A stretch of 60,886 nt of DNA, counting the filler, from Sphacelaria rigidula (Eukaryota): NCBI GenBank assembly GCA_964200075.2. It is 10 parts of 10 records of this genome, joined end to end, with 100 filler letters (N's around TTAATTAATTAA, not from the genome) between each part and the next. Parts side by side here need not be neighbours in the genome. Positions count along the whole stretch, not along the records: positions 24,397 to 30,395 come from CAXNAA020022912.1; positions 30,496 to 36,494 come from CAXNAA020022913.1; positions 36,595 to 42,592 come from CAXNAA020022914.1; 7 more parts are not named here. One strand, written 5' to 3'. Within the stretch, counting starts at the first letter, position 1; each line of letters opens with the position of its first letter. Positions 25,476-37,594 of this stretch are shown piece by piece. The notes under the pieces are model-generated. The model saw nothing but the letters and a program-made list of their open reading frames with translations, searched no databases and was not told where the DNA came from. The position numbers and the translations under genes were made by a program.

Positions 25476-26256
25476 AGCCCAACGAGTGCGAGTACCGCGA
25501 GTCACACTCGAGCTCGTCCGACGTGTAAAACGTTTGAGCCGTAGCTGTTTTTCAACTGAAGCTGTGTCTTGGAAATTCTTTTTCAACACGACGAGGAAGT
25601 TCGTGCGGCGCAATTGATTTAGTTTGTTCTGCTGTGTTTGGGTTCAAGCGAATTTGCACACTTTCGGGCCAAAAAGCTGAGCGAAATTTGTGAAGCGGTA
25701 CTTGTTTACTTGTATTCAATACAGACAGTACAGACTGTTGTACAGAGACAGTACAGTGCTGCCTGTACTGTCTCCGTGGTGCGTGTGTTTCGTTCAGCAT
25801 GCCGGCGCGGTGGGGAAAAGAAGCGGGTGACGTGACATACAGACAGCTACTCTGCACACAGGAGGATGTGAAGAAGATTTGGATCACGTGGATTTTTGTA
25901 CTGCCCCTACTGTCCATGAGAGCGTGTTTGCAATTCGGTCGCCCACCTGAACACGCAACTTCGTCGGTGGACCCTACAACAAAATTCGATGCCTAAGTTT
26001 CGCCAACGAAAAAGACACACATCTTGGCAAGAGGGTGGTGGTGGCGGTGGTGGTAGTGGTATTGGTTTCCTCTCACTGTAGTTAGTGTATTCCTGTGCTC
26101 AGTTCGTGATCTATGCTGCAAGTTTAGTTGGCTGCTGCGAATAAACCACGTGGGTTTTGCATAATTGTATGAAAGGGTGGTGTTTGGCACGGCTGTCCGA
26201 TACATGGAAGTCATGTGCCCCCTCGCTCGTTTACGTCGCGTGTTTCCAACCGAAAA

Positions 26257-26692
26257 AAACACGTGATTTTACAACTTATTGGGATGGAATTTTTATTGAA
26301 GATGAGAACCCGGAGAAATACTAGCTTCGCATCCACACCAAATTTTCGAAAAGTGGTTCAATTTCCTCACCTCCTGGTAGCTGTTGACAACTACTACGCG
26401 CCATACAACTTTGGAAATCGATAACCGGAATGTTCGAATCTTGAATGAAAAAACCATTTTCGGGGGGAATGTTGGTGATCCGATCGGACGTCAAAATTGG
26501 TTTTCACCTAGGACCCCAACATTTCGGTTGTCGAAGTCCAAATTTGTATGACGTGTAGCAGTTGTCAGTAGCTACCAGCAAGTGAAGAAATGGAACCATC
26601 TCTGGGAAATTTGGTGTGGATACGAAGATATTATTCCTCCGGGTTCTCATCCCCAATAAAAATCCCATCCCCAATTTGTGAAATCACGTCTT
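26257..26692. mobile_element. MITE, uninterrupted relative of 18857-20946
   Basis: AAACACGTGATTTTAC...GTGAAATCACGT termini. Shared internal blocks (gatgagaaccc.gg, ttttcacctagga.cccaacattt, gtgtagcagtt). Confidence 0.8.
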
Positions 26693-26981
26693 AGAAGCCA
26701 AGCCTCTCTGTTTTTTACCCTGCCCGCTGCGCGCTAATCATTATCAAATGTTGAAGCCATCTGAGAACATAAATACCGTGGACACACCATATACGAGCTA
26801 AATACTAACAATTGGATATGACTGCATGTTTTCGGGTGGAATAAAAAAGTGATGATACGGCCCGAGTACGGTGTTTTTCGTTCGGACGAAATCGGTTCAA
26901 AATTGCGTGGGGGTCGATCATTTCCATCACACGGGCGACTTAGAACACACCCGCGAAATTTGTAAACGATCAACAACTCCA

Positions 26982-27880
26982 AACAGCGCTCTTGTGAGAT
27001 TGAGAGTAGAGGATACGATTCAGAGTGCGAAGCGATCAATTGAAGAATAAAAATTTTCAGTTCCGAAACGAACCTCCACGAAGCCCGATACGCTTTCTGT
27101 TGTAGCTTGCCACTGAAGCCCTTGATATCCCTGAGTAGGATATGAACGAGTCTTTTTATGGTACCGCCCATCCAAAAATAAAAAACAGCCCAAAACTGCC
27201 ACGAAGAAAACGGCCACAGAGCGCCTGATGTTGATTTCGGGCTGCACGAAGCGCCTCACATGGGCGAAATTGGTGAACACGAACCAAGGCGTGTGGATTC
27301 CCAGTGTCTCGTTAAGTTCGGCTTTCTTCATTCCGATTTACGTGTAAGTTTTGCCTCTACTTATCAGCCACTTTTGGGGGGGACGGGCTATCGTAGGAAG
27401 ACTTTGTAGCTGTAAGCATACGCCTGTGTTACAAGCTGTGACGGCTTTTGAGACAACCAACTAGACTGCTGACCAGTCAGCGCTGAGTGCTCAGTAGTCT
27501 AGTTGGTTGTCTCTTAAACCGTCACAAACGTTAGTCGTGGGGATTCAATCCCCGTCACTTTCACTCCGAGGATACGATGAGAGTGACAACATTAGAGGTC
27601 CTGATTGCGGTCGATAGACCGCTGTCAAGGGGAGTCGCCCTCCTCGGAGTGATGGTGACCGGGATAAAACCCCCACGACTAACTTTTGTGACGGCTTTTG
27701 AGACAACCAACTAGATTACTGACCAGTCAGCGCTGACTTCTCAGTGGTCTAGTTGGTTGTCTCTTCAAACGTCACAAAGCAAAGAAAAACACACACAGAA
27801 TACAAAATTGGGCAAGTCAAAGCGAATGATAGGACCTAATCTCAATCAACGCTCTTATCTCAATCTCACGGAAACGTTGT
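26982..27880 (-). mobile_element. MITE of the 24948-25248 family carrying nested inserts (ends approximate)
   Basis: Both ends align to 24948-25248 in reverse. Contains 27437-27776 and a segment (about 27170-27400) also seen inverted at about 38040-38210. Confidence 0.65.
27437..27776. mobile_element. 340-bp TGT...ACA element with a 4-bp TSD (TRIM- or Ginger-like)
   Basis: TSD AAGC on both sides. Two 90-bp self-palindromic direct repeats (27437-27526, 27687-27776). The empty site is visible in the sister host copy near 25055. Confidence 0.88.
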
Positions 27881-30800
27881 TTCCATCGTGAGCAACTTTT
27901 CACACACGATTTTACAAATTGTGGATGGATTCATTTTCGAGGATGAGCCTTCGGAACCTTCGTGAGTTTCGACATGTTTTCGAAAACAAAAATGCAAATG
28001 CCTGCTCCGGTAGTGATATGTGTCATTGTTCATCATCCTGACAACATTCACCGGCAATTTGTGGATTCCCGTTATACAGGGGATTCTGACAAATAAACGA
28101 GGAAAATTGTTTTGCGGGAATGAACGGAGGTCGAAAGTGTTTGGTATAAACACGGGATCTTACAGGTCGCGGAAGGATTTTCCGAGGTGGTGCTCTTATA
28201 AGTACGGGCCAAGTTATGTAGTACCAACACTAATTTCAAGTCATTCAGTTTCAATTTCGACTAAACCCTCTACGTTATATAGGCCATGGCATAAGACAAA
28301 CTTTGTTATTAATATGGACTTTCACACGTCTTTTTGCTACATTATCACATCGATAAAATCACGAACCCTTACTCACGTCAAAACCAATGATGCTCATAAC
28401 ACAATCACTATGAAGCTGAGAAGACTTGGCAATGTAACAGGTCCAATTTGTCCAGAAAATGATATCTCGTGCAGTAAACTTTCCCATTCGTGGGAGTGTA
28501 TTCCATCTGAATCTCAAGTCCGTAGGTTAGTCGACCTCAAGTACAAGTAGAGGTGCATAATGAGCTGCAGGTTGGTGCAGGAGATGTGGGTATGAGGTTT
28601 ACGTTATGGTATCAGGTAATGGAATATTGTCTGGAGTATGACTATGACTGCTTGCTTTTGTATGTGTCTACGGAGGTGCAGCAAGTTACTTCCGATAACG
28701 AAGACTGTATTTTGTGAACGAAATCTGTCTCGAAGTTTCCAAGCCCTAGCGAGGGAGGAAGCCCTTGGAGTAATCTTGTGACTTTGTTCTGAGTCCAGGA
28801 GGGGTCTATAAGTCGTGTTTCTTCCGTAATCCAACAAAAAATATATTCAAAAATTCAACATCAATGATTCAAATGAACCAAAAAGAACCCGCTGTATGCC
28901 GTGATTTATCAAAGGATAGAGAATCCTAATTTTCGGGGTTGATATCTAAAATGAGGTTTAAGTGGCATATCTTCTTTGCAGGGATGACGAGAAACGGTTA
29001 CTCGGAGCGAAACCATATTTCCCCCCCAAATGTCCGCACCAGTTCAGCAGTTCTGGCTAGGTGCGCCGAGCGAATGCGGTCGGTGTATACGCGTGTCGAT
29101 GATGATATCTCCAGAGGGAGAAACGACGACAAAGAGGAAGCTCCTCGCCCGTGTCCTTTGTGTGTCCTCCCTCGGCGATTACCAACTGCTCGAGAGACTG
29201 ACATCATGTATGTTACCAGCATGTACCGAATTTCTCATGTGCTGGTAGGCATGTTATATTGCTGACAGCCCCCCAAGGGACATCGAGGAACGGAGGGATC
29301 TCGTTTCTTCTTGTCTGTGGAGCTCACCGATGCAAATATCGATTTCTCTCTGCCTCTCTTTTTGAACAAGACGCGCTTCTGTGCGCTGCAGAACGCGTCG
29401 TTAGAAAACAGGGAGACGTCCTCGTCACCGCTACTGTTGTCTGTCACACACATGCCAGCATGGACGGTGCTGCGGCAATAACATATCCAATTTGAACTTG
29501 GGGGGTGTTATTCATAGTTGATTTTTCCCGACATGTGACCCTCTGAGTGCGCGACGACAAGAGCGTGCTACACGTTAGTTGGGGAGGTGTATCAGAGATC
29601 AAACACTTGTGGAGAACTTCTTGACACGCGGAGTGAATAGATATACCTACGGTGGTGACCTAACGGTTGCTAGCGTGGCGCAGGGGAGTGCCTCCATGCT
29701 GCAATCTGGAGCACACACTGACTGCGTGAACACCTCGGTATAGTAGCATTCCATAACTGATTCCGATGTGAGGAGGTCATGTATTACGAGCTGAGACGAG
29801 ATATCCACGAGGACAAGAGTGCTCTATGATCAACCACTTGCCGTTGCATTTGACATCCACGCCATCAACCGCCGACGGCAAAGGTCTTGTGGCTTTCAAG
29901 CAATGGTGTCAGCAGTACAGCAGGAAAGCCCGATCATATCTAGCTTTCGTTGCTCTACTGTACAGGGTGTCGTTTGCACGGTAGTCACCGTAACAGCATG
30001 CACAGAACTTTACAACGATAGGCTGTAAAACTAAATAGCTCGATTTTCTCAACTACTTCCACACAATTCAATGGACTCTCAAGACCTGACGAAGGTTGTT
30101 TCCTCGTCCCCCGCCAGGTATTGAAGAACGACGATAGAGTTTTAGCAAGCGCATGTAACATTGACGGGGGCACATAGAGTTTCTTCTCCATGAAAATTCG
30201 CATTTTCCCATCTGCAAACCGTTTTATACGCATTGTTTTCTCGATAAGAACGTTAACTCGTCGATTTCTGTTCAGTTCTCCACGGAACAGTGGATCCTAG
30301 AAAATGTGGTTCATACAAAATATGGGGTTCAAGTGGCATTTCTCTTTTGCAGGGAAGACACAAAACACTTGCGACTGAGCGAAGCCATCTTCCCCNNNNN
30401 NNNNNNNNNNNNNNNNNNNNNNNNNNNNNNNNNNNNNNNTTAATTAATTAANNNNNNNNNNNNNNNNNNNNNNNNNNNNNNNNNNNNNNNNNNNNAAAGC
30501 ATGTTTGGCTCCGTGGAAGTGCATTTCGGCACTGAAACGATTCATTCACTGATTGACCGCTTTTCACTCTCAATCGTGTCATCTACTCTCAATCTCACGA
30601 AAACACTGTTACTTATGACATCTTGTTTTCGCTGAAATTTCAAATGCCCATAACTTTTTTTTTTCTCCCTTCTTCTCTTTCCTTGTCACGTGATCTTTTG
30701 CATTTTGATCATGCAAAGCTTCTGTCAAAATTTCATCGTCCGACTCCTAATATCGCGCCGTGCGTCGCCTGAGCAAAAAAACATTCATTGTTGGCTGCCC

Positions 30801-31673
30801 CAGCTTGTTTTGCTTCGCTGGAAAGACCTCGTGCAAGAACCAGTCTCACACCCTGTCGTGAAAACAAGCCCAGAGAACGGATCGTGGCTCATCTTGTTCA
30901 GTACAAGCACGGGATCTTACTAATCGCGGGTCGAAAATCTTGAGGATGAGCGACGCCAAACATCACGGCCGGAGGCTGCGTTTGCATTTTTTCTTTGAAT
31001 ATGATTCCGATGACCATGAAGGTTCGCAAGGCCTTTCCTCACAAAATAATCCGTCCTCGTTTTGAAAATTCCCGTGTTGGAAGAAGTAAAAAGAGAAGCA
31101 ACACATGAGGGTCTTCTTCTCGGTGGCGTACAGCGGACCTTCGTGTGCACGACACGTTACAGTTTGGGCTTGAGCCGCCGGGGCATGCTTCAACCGGCGA
31201 ATCTCGTCATTCTGGGGCTGCAGCCTTTCAAGGCTACGACATTAGTATTGCATGAAAGATCAAGAGCAGCAGCTGCACAGAGTGGAAAGATCGCGCATCA
31301 TGGTTTTGGCATGCAGCAGGAACCCGGCCACGAGCAACGAAACGATGAGGAGAGTACGGAGGGGGGGGCGGGGCTTCGAGCGAACGGGTACCTGCCATCT
31401 GCGGTAGATTCGGCAACACCACGAGTATTGTAGCGATATTTTCAAGAGTGCGAAAAGCACGGTCGGAATGCAGTCTGCAGCTGGAATATCTGAGAAATCG
31501 CACCAACACTCATCTGCGGATTCCACGCCCGCTGGCTGTACCGCACCTACGGGAGAGTGCTGCGAAAACCGGAATACACGCATGCACTGACAAAAAATAC
31601 CACGCATCCAGCCGGGTCGTACAACCTCTTACTACCGAATATCCCGGATCAAAATATAAGCATGTATATTATG

Positions 31674-31908
31674 CACGGTTAGGACAAATCATCACGACTC
31701 AAAATCACCAAATTCACGATTTCTTCGGCCTGATCGACCAGAAAGGAGAAAGTTGATCGCTGGTCCAAGGGGTATCCACGCAACTTTTGCGCCATTTCAC
31801 GTGTATGGCCTGCATGCACCTGGGATTCAACGCTGAAATAAAGCCTAGGGATTGATTCATACTAAAATCAAGTTATTTCCAGACGAATCATTATTTGTCC
31901 GACCCTTG
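31674..31908 (-). mobile_element. hAT-like MITE flanked by an 81-bp duplication
   Basis: TIR CACGGTTAGGACAAAT / ATTTGTCCGACCCTTG. Inverted homolog of 32817-33073. Confidence 0.8.
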
Positions 31909-32013
31909 AAAAATACCACGCATCCAGCCGGGTCGTACAACCTCTTACTCCCGAATATCCCGCATCAAAAGACAAGCATATATAATATGTACGATGAACC
32001 CCCCCATCACGCT

Positions 32014-32121
32014 CTAGACGGCCGAGAGCTTGTCAATGGTCTTGAGAATCTTGTCGAACTCCACTGACTCCTTGAACTTCTTGGCCTGGATTTGGTTGAA
32101 CTCGTTCAAAGAGAACTTGAA
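32014..32121 (-). CDS. EIF3K: Eukaryotic translation initiation factor 3 subunit K, last exon
   Basis: ttgcag|FKFSLNEFNQIQAKKFKESVEFDKILKTIDKLSAV*. Resembles the eIF3k C-terminus (IKPKNIVEKIDFD). Confidence 0.88.
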   Translation of the reverse strand, partial: FKFSLNEFNQIQAKKFKESVEFDKILKTIDKLSAV

Positions 32122-32529
32122 CTGCAAAACCAGGCACACCAGCACAACAGAGAGATCGGATAGAACATTCACTGTGGTCAGCATGAGGTAACCAGGCGTA
32201 CGTGACGCGAAATAGGTAGTTGCAACGACCGAATTAACACGCCATTGCTTCTTCACCGCCCAGGTATCGCGGGGACTGGCCGTTGCTAGTGCGGACCTGC
32301 CTCCTCAAGATTCAGAGAATTTCCCCACGTACCGGTCGGTATTGTTGGCATTTCGGCCATGACACATATGGGGCAAAAACGTGCGAGTTATATACCAACG
32401 TGCTCCACTCGGTTTTGAAATCTTCTTCGAAATGAATCAGTCAGACGAGTTGGGATGGCTTCGTGGCACATGTATTCTCAACCCTACGTTTGTCGAGGAG
32501 CAAGCCATCCTAACCCCGACTACACGAAC

Positions 32530-32601
32530 CTCTTCCCCTCCTGGTGCCATCGTGATAACGTCTGAATTTGCCGCCACGAATGCCTCTAGCTCCGCCCCGT
32601 C
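32530..32601 (-). CDS. EIF3K: eIF3k internal exon
   Basis: ttccag|DGAELEAFVAANSDVITMAPGGEE|gttcgt, phase 0/0. Confidence 0.8.
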
Positions 32602-32816
32602 CTGGAAAAACACGAACAAATTTCAGACACAGAAAAGCAACGACATTCGAAAAGGAAACCGAGTCTTCCGCGCAAAACTGACCTATGTCAAAGCAATGAG
32701 AACATCTACAATGACACAACAGCGTGCAACAGAAAAACAGGCAGCAACAATCCACGAAGGGCGAACACATCTCCAGACGTCGCCTACGAGCATCACACTC
32801 GAAAATTCGAATAAAG

Positions 32817-33073
32817 CAAGGGTCGGACAAATAATTATTCGTCTGAAAATTATTTGGTTTCAGTATAACTGACTCGACTCGTACGAATCAACCCCTAGGC
32901 TTTGTTTTCAGCGTTGCAGCCCAGGCACACGCAACCCAGACACGTGGAATGGCGCAAATGCTGCGTGGATACCCCTTGGACCAGCGGTCAACTTTTTTCT
33001 CCCTTTCGGGCAATCAGGTCGAAGACATCGTGGATTTGGAGATTCCTAGTGGTGATGAGTCGTCCTAACCGTG
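32817..33073 (+). mobile_element. hAT-like MITE in an eIF3k intron
   Basis: CAAGGGTCGGACAA...GTCCTAACCGTG with TSD GAATAAAG/CAATAAAG. Another end of this family lies at 48791-48854. Confidence 0.85.
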
Positions 33074-33142
33074 CAATAAAGACTGCACAAGACATGATCT
33101 TGCCCCCGCCAACCGCCCTCAACAGAGCTCCTACTCCCTCAC

Positions 33143-33283
33143 CAGGTCGAGGCACTGCTCGAGGTTCTGCCTCGTGACCGACTGAAACGTTGTCGCCAAA
33201 GTGTGCACGATAAACACGCGAATGTGCTTCGTGAATCCCGGCACCGTCTCTATTAAGGGAGGCATGTCCCTCTCCGCACAAAT
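33143..33283 (-). CDS. EIF3K: eIF3k internal exon (not in the supplied ORF track)
   Basis: tcgcag|ICAERDMPPLIETVPGFTKHIRVFIVHTLATTFQSVTRQNLEQCLDL|gtgagg. Matches the GFEDSVRKFI..VVGITYQ block. Confidence 0.92.
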
Positions 33284-33791
33284 CTGCGAGGGTGAAGGAA
33301 GACACAAGTCACAAAGAACGGGAGCAATGTAAAGGCTAGGGTTTCAACGCGAGGAGGCGGTGCTGCACAGTTTCGGACAAACTGCGGAAGCTAACACCGC
33401 GCATGACCGTACTACGGTGCAGGACTATCGATACACGCTGGCATGCCTCAGGCCGGACTCCGGGGTACGTACTATCATGCACCTCCTTACACCCCGTATC
33501 CGATGGCTACGGACATTGAGAATGATGAGTAAGCCGTGAAAACCCGTGAGCACTCCGCCGCGGACCCATTTGCCTGGATTGAGCTGTACTTTACCTCCAC
33601 GAGTAGAGTGCCAACACAGGTACTTGTATCTTGACGACCTATCTTTGTCAGTATAAAGCACGCGGCACCCAGCGCGCGTCGCAAAAACACTTTTCATGGC
33701 ACACATCACGATATACCATGCCCAAGCCAGCCGACCGGTTGGGAGTTGGACGCAAAACCTCACGACGGGCCAACATACCTACGGTACATAC

Positions 33792-33932
33792 CTGCCAAAA
33801 ATCAACAAACTGAGCCGTCTCCAAATAATCTGCTCCTCGTTTCAGCGAGCTCACGGGCTCGCATGCGTGTACCGATGGCGGCACGATGTACATTAAAGCC
33901 ATGAAGTCCGTGCTTGGCGCGTTCATCAGCGC
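33792..33932 (-). CDS. EIF3K: eIF3k internal exon
   Basis: gagcag|ALMNAPSTDFMALMYIVPPSVHACEPVSSLKRGADYLETAQFVDFWQ|gtatgt. Matches ALTNLPHTDF...LLETCHFQAFWQ. Confidence 0.93.
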
Positions 33933-36211
33933 CTGCTCACGATTTGCGGCGAGGGCAGCGTGGAAACAGACGACCATAAAAGTGGGGGAGTTCGACAACA
34001 ATCAACATGCAGGTCGACGCTGCGACCAATCATGTAGACTTGACACCAAAAGCACGCGCACACATGTACAGGCGAACACTAGAGAATAAGCAAGCACATC
34101 ACTAGCGCGAATCTTGGAAAGAGAAAATGGCAGGGATGTCAACGACAATGATGTATGTGTCGCAACATAGGTGGAAAGTAGAAAGTAGACGGCATGGCAA
34201 AGCACTGTATTGCTCCCGTGCCCTCTTATGAGTGCCGGTACACAAAATCACCGCAGTACCCCTGAGCGAGCGCTGATCGCCGTATTGACCGCGACTTGTC
34301 CCAGTATATCAACGCGCGTATTCGTTCAAGGCTCACACACTCGAGAGACAACAATGATTCACAAAAGATTGCAGCAGAAATAGGGGATTTTTGTAATTTT
34401 TTCGCGGTCGACAATTTTCAACAGTTTTCCGCGCGCCACCGCTAATCCACGGGAACGTTAGATGCCGAAGTTTGGGGATCAAGAGACACTAGGCATCCGC
34501 TCGACATCAAGGAACAATAATCGTCTGTGCGCTCAATGTTACACGACTTACGGGCCGGGTTGACAGGGGGTGTTATTGGCCGTTTGTGTTTTCCTCAAAG
34601 CACATTTGTTTTCGGCTCTAGCGCGGTGAATCCGTGAAGATACAAAATGATAGTTTGAAAAACTATTTACGGTAGCGATCGGGATTGGTCCACCCCCCTC
34701 CTCTCCCCGCCCCCTGTGCTATGAGTAAGGGTTAGGGTTAGGGTACAAGCTCGTCGGGTGAGAACCTGGCGTGCTCCGTCCCGGCTTTATAGGGGCAGAC
34801 CCCCGATGGGGTTGGCGTCGGTTGGTGACGACGCTACAAAACACGCCACTCACTACGTAAGCTAGGGAACCAGGTTATCGAATTATTTTTGCGCGCTTGC
34901 GTTTTTCGTGCGGTGACCATGATGGTGGCGGAGCTGGATCATGTTGTGCGGCGTAGGAGAAGCTCAACTCCGCACAATGGGGATGAATGATCGTACCACG
35001 TAGTATTTGAATGGTGAGACACCAATGAGGCCGTGTATAAGTCGTGGCTGTCTCTGGAAGTGGCGATACCAGAAAATGAAGCAATTCGTTGGAGTCTGTC
35101 ATCCAAATGCAAGATAGTAAGTAGGCTTCGGGCCGAACTAAACCACGGCGCTTCGTGCTTGGTGATTGAGTGCGAGCCTGNNNNNNNNNNCCGGTTTTTT
35201 AAGGAGGCGAGGCCAATTTTTTTTTGACTACGGCCCCCAAATCCTAAGGCCCCCCCCCCCCCCCCCCCCCCAGTGATATGTTAATGGTCAAACGACTAAG
35301 GCAAGCAACAAATGAGTAAGCCCCCCTCCCCTCCCCGTGCTATACAAAGCTCAGGTGGGCAATCGTAGCACGGTACTTTTCTGAATTCTTCTCGTATAAT
35401 ATTCTTCCCTAGTACACGAAAGCCCTCCCATCGATGGATATTGGGAAATGAAACAGGTCGGGCTCAGGGCACAACCCTCAATTAGTGTTGCCGAGGTGAT
35501 ACGTAGTAAGTGCCTCGTTTATCATGGGTTGTCTCTGGGCTAAATACACGCAGCTTTTCAGCTCTAGCGCAATGAAAAGGTAGCAACTCAACAAATCATT
35601 TTTCTTCGTTTGTTCACGAAAAGGAGCGGGATTGCTCCAACAGAGCAAAAACACCCTAGGGTCAGAACATGGGGATGGGTAGTCGCAGGACGCCCCGAAA
35701 AAACAACCAGCTCGTAAGACGTTCAATATTGGGTGCAGAGCTGATTCCGTGTCCGAATGTGGAGAGGGAACCTAGTATCTCTCCATCCCCAAACTCAAGG
35801 CTCAAGCGTTCACTGGAATGAGTGGTGGCAAGCAAAAACATGATAAAAGGTCGCCGACTACAAGAAACCCCAGAAAAACCCTCAACTTCAGCTGCAACCT
35901 ACAGTATCTACATCGCTTGAAAACTCCATGGTTCATGCCATAGATACTACACGTACGCAGTGGGCGCTTGACGTTCACACCGGCGTTGTTCCTAATTACA
36001 GGGGGGTTCTCAGGAGCCGCGCGACACTATAGCTGACACTGGCAGCAATGCATCTCCGCTTGGTTGCCAAACATCAGCAGCAGAGATGCGGATTAAGGTC
36101 ACAAGAACCGCAGCAATCAGTAATGATTGGGTTCGCCTACTCAAAAATAGCTTGAAATATACAGGTCGACGACAATATCAAAAAGGATCACAGAGGTAGA
36201 TAAAGCCCCAC

Positions 36212-36319
36212 CTTTGCGAGCATCAGCGCTACGATCTCGGCTTTGCAGAGATCCGGGAAGAACTGGTAAAGCTTGAGCAAAGCTTTGTTTGCCTCGAAGT
36301 CATATGTCCCCGACTTGAC
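36212..36319 (-). CDS. EIF3K: eIF3k exon (the first coding exon or exons lie beyond the contig end)
   Basis: ttccag|VKSGTYDFEANKALLKLYQFFPDLCKAEIVALMLAK|gtgggg. Signature YDxEANxAxLKLYQF. Confidence 0.95.
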
Positions 36320-36678
36320 CTGGAAAAACGATACACAAGTACACACGCCAGCGACAATCGCGAAATTCAAGTAACGTCCAGGTAGTACCGGGGAGAGATG
36401 GGTTGATCCCTTGAGACCACGGACTCATCCCGAGGAAGGGGGGGGGGGGGGGGGGGGGAACGCATCGGAATATGAAAAAATAACATTAACATAANNNNNN
36501 NNNNNNNNNNNNNNNNNNNNNNNNNNNNNNNNNNNNNNTTAATTAATTAANNNNNNNNNNNNNNNNNNNNNNNNNNNNNNNNNNNNNNNNNNNNAGACAC
36601 ACCGACAGAAACCACCCACCCCCCCCCCCCCCCCTCCAAAATAAAACCCTCACGCCAGAGAATCCCCACGAAACTTAC

Positions 36679-36914
36679 TCGTCGAGAACGCACTCCCACA
36701 GCACATCCAGACCGGTCGCCGCAGTCCGAGACTTCTCCGTCTGCATCGGTAGGTTAGCCGGCAGCTGCAGTGAGTCGTACTCCACTACTTCTTCTGCGCC
36801 CGCGATCGTAGCGTCGCATTTGTAGGCTGCCGCCACATGCTTGAGAAGCTGCAGGGTGCGGCCGTCGTACTCGCTTTGCGGCATGTCGCGCACGCACTCT
36901 CCGAGGAAGTCCAG
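36679..36914 (-). CDS. USP9X/USP24/USP34-family ubiquitin C-terminal hydrolase, internal exon
   Basis: atatag|LDFLGECVRDMPQSEYDGRTLQLLKHV...GLDVLWECVLD|gtaagt. Fits the N-terminal helical region of this family. Confidence 0.8.
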
Positions 36915-36945
36915 CTATATGTTGTTGTTCGTCAATTTTAACGTT

Positions 36946-36947
<2 letters not shown>

Positions 36948-36981
<34 letters not shown>
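36948..36981. repeat. (GA)n microsatellite, forming a pyrimidine tract on the minus-strand intron
   Basis: 17 AG units. Confidence 0.95.
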
Positions 36982-36983
<2 letters not shown>

Positions 36984-37434
36984 CACACGAGCAGGGCAAC
37001 AAGTGGACGGGTCAGGGGACACTCGGGCATTATGCTAGACCGGAATAGGTACACTATTATACATATATTTTGGATGGTGACCATTTCCTCCCTTGATTTT
37101 CTCCACAACTTTTGAGAAGTACTGCGTAGCAGCAGTTTCTTCTGTAGAAAGGGCGCCTTGTGTTCTGTAGAAAGAACATTTCGGAGGGTGGGTATTCAAA
37201 AATCGCCATTTTGGAACAGGTTTACCAACGACTCACGCCACCAGGGAAGAGGAGGGGGAGGGGGGGGTCCTCCATAATATCGTCCCTTCTCTATTGTGAT
37301 CTAGATCCTGCATCGCAAATGTGCTGGCAAACACGACGTTCAAGCAATTTCACTCGCTGTCAGCAACAGCAATGCCGTTGCAGCCCACACCAGCACACCC
37401 CGGCACGCTCAAGCAAAGTAAATCACGCGCTCGC

Positions 37435-37594
37435 CTGTTGCTTGTTGAGCGTTTGGAATATCCCTTGGAGAACAGACAAGATGCCGTGCCGAATCGACTC
37501 GTGGGCCGATTGCCTAGACGCGTCCCAGATGAGGTCCAAGTGCTCGTCCGACAGGAGCCCCAGGGATCCCAGGAATCGCGGGATTTCGATGCAA
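37435..37594 (-). CDS. USP9X/24/34-like internal exon (GC donor)
   Basis: aatcag|t CIEIPRFLGSLGLLSDEHLDLIWDASRQSAHESIRHGILSVLQGIFQTLNKQQ|gcgagc. Compare ILRF...LDNIWAAQ.GKHEAI in USP9X. Confidence 0.85.

Noticed and set aside
31672..33075. Single MULE with 240-bp TIRs and a transposase remnant
   Set aside because: The interior is eIF3k exons. Each arm is its own MITE with TIRs, and the right copy has an 8-bp TSD.
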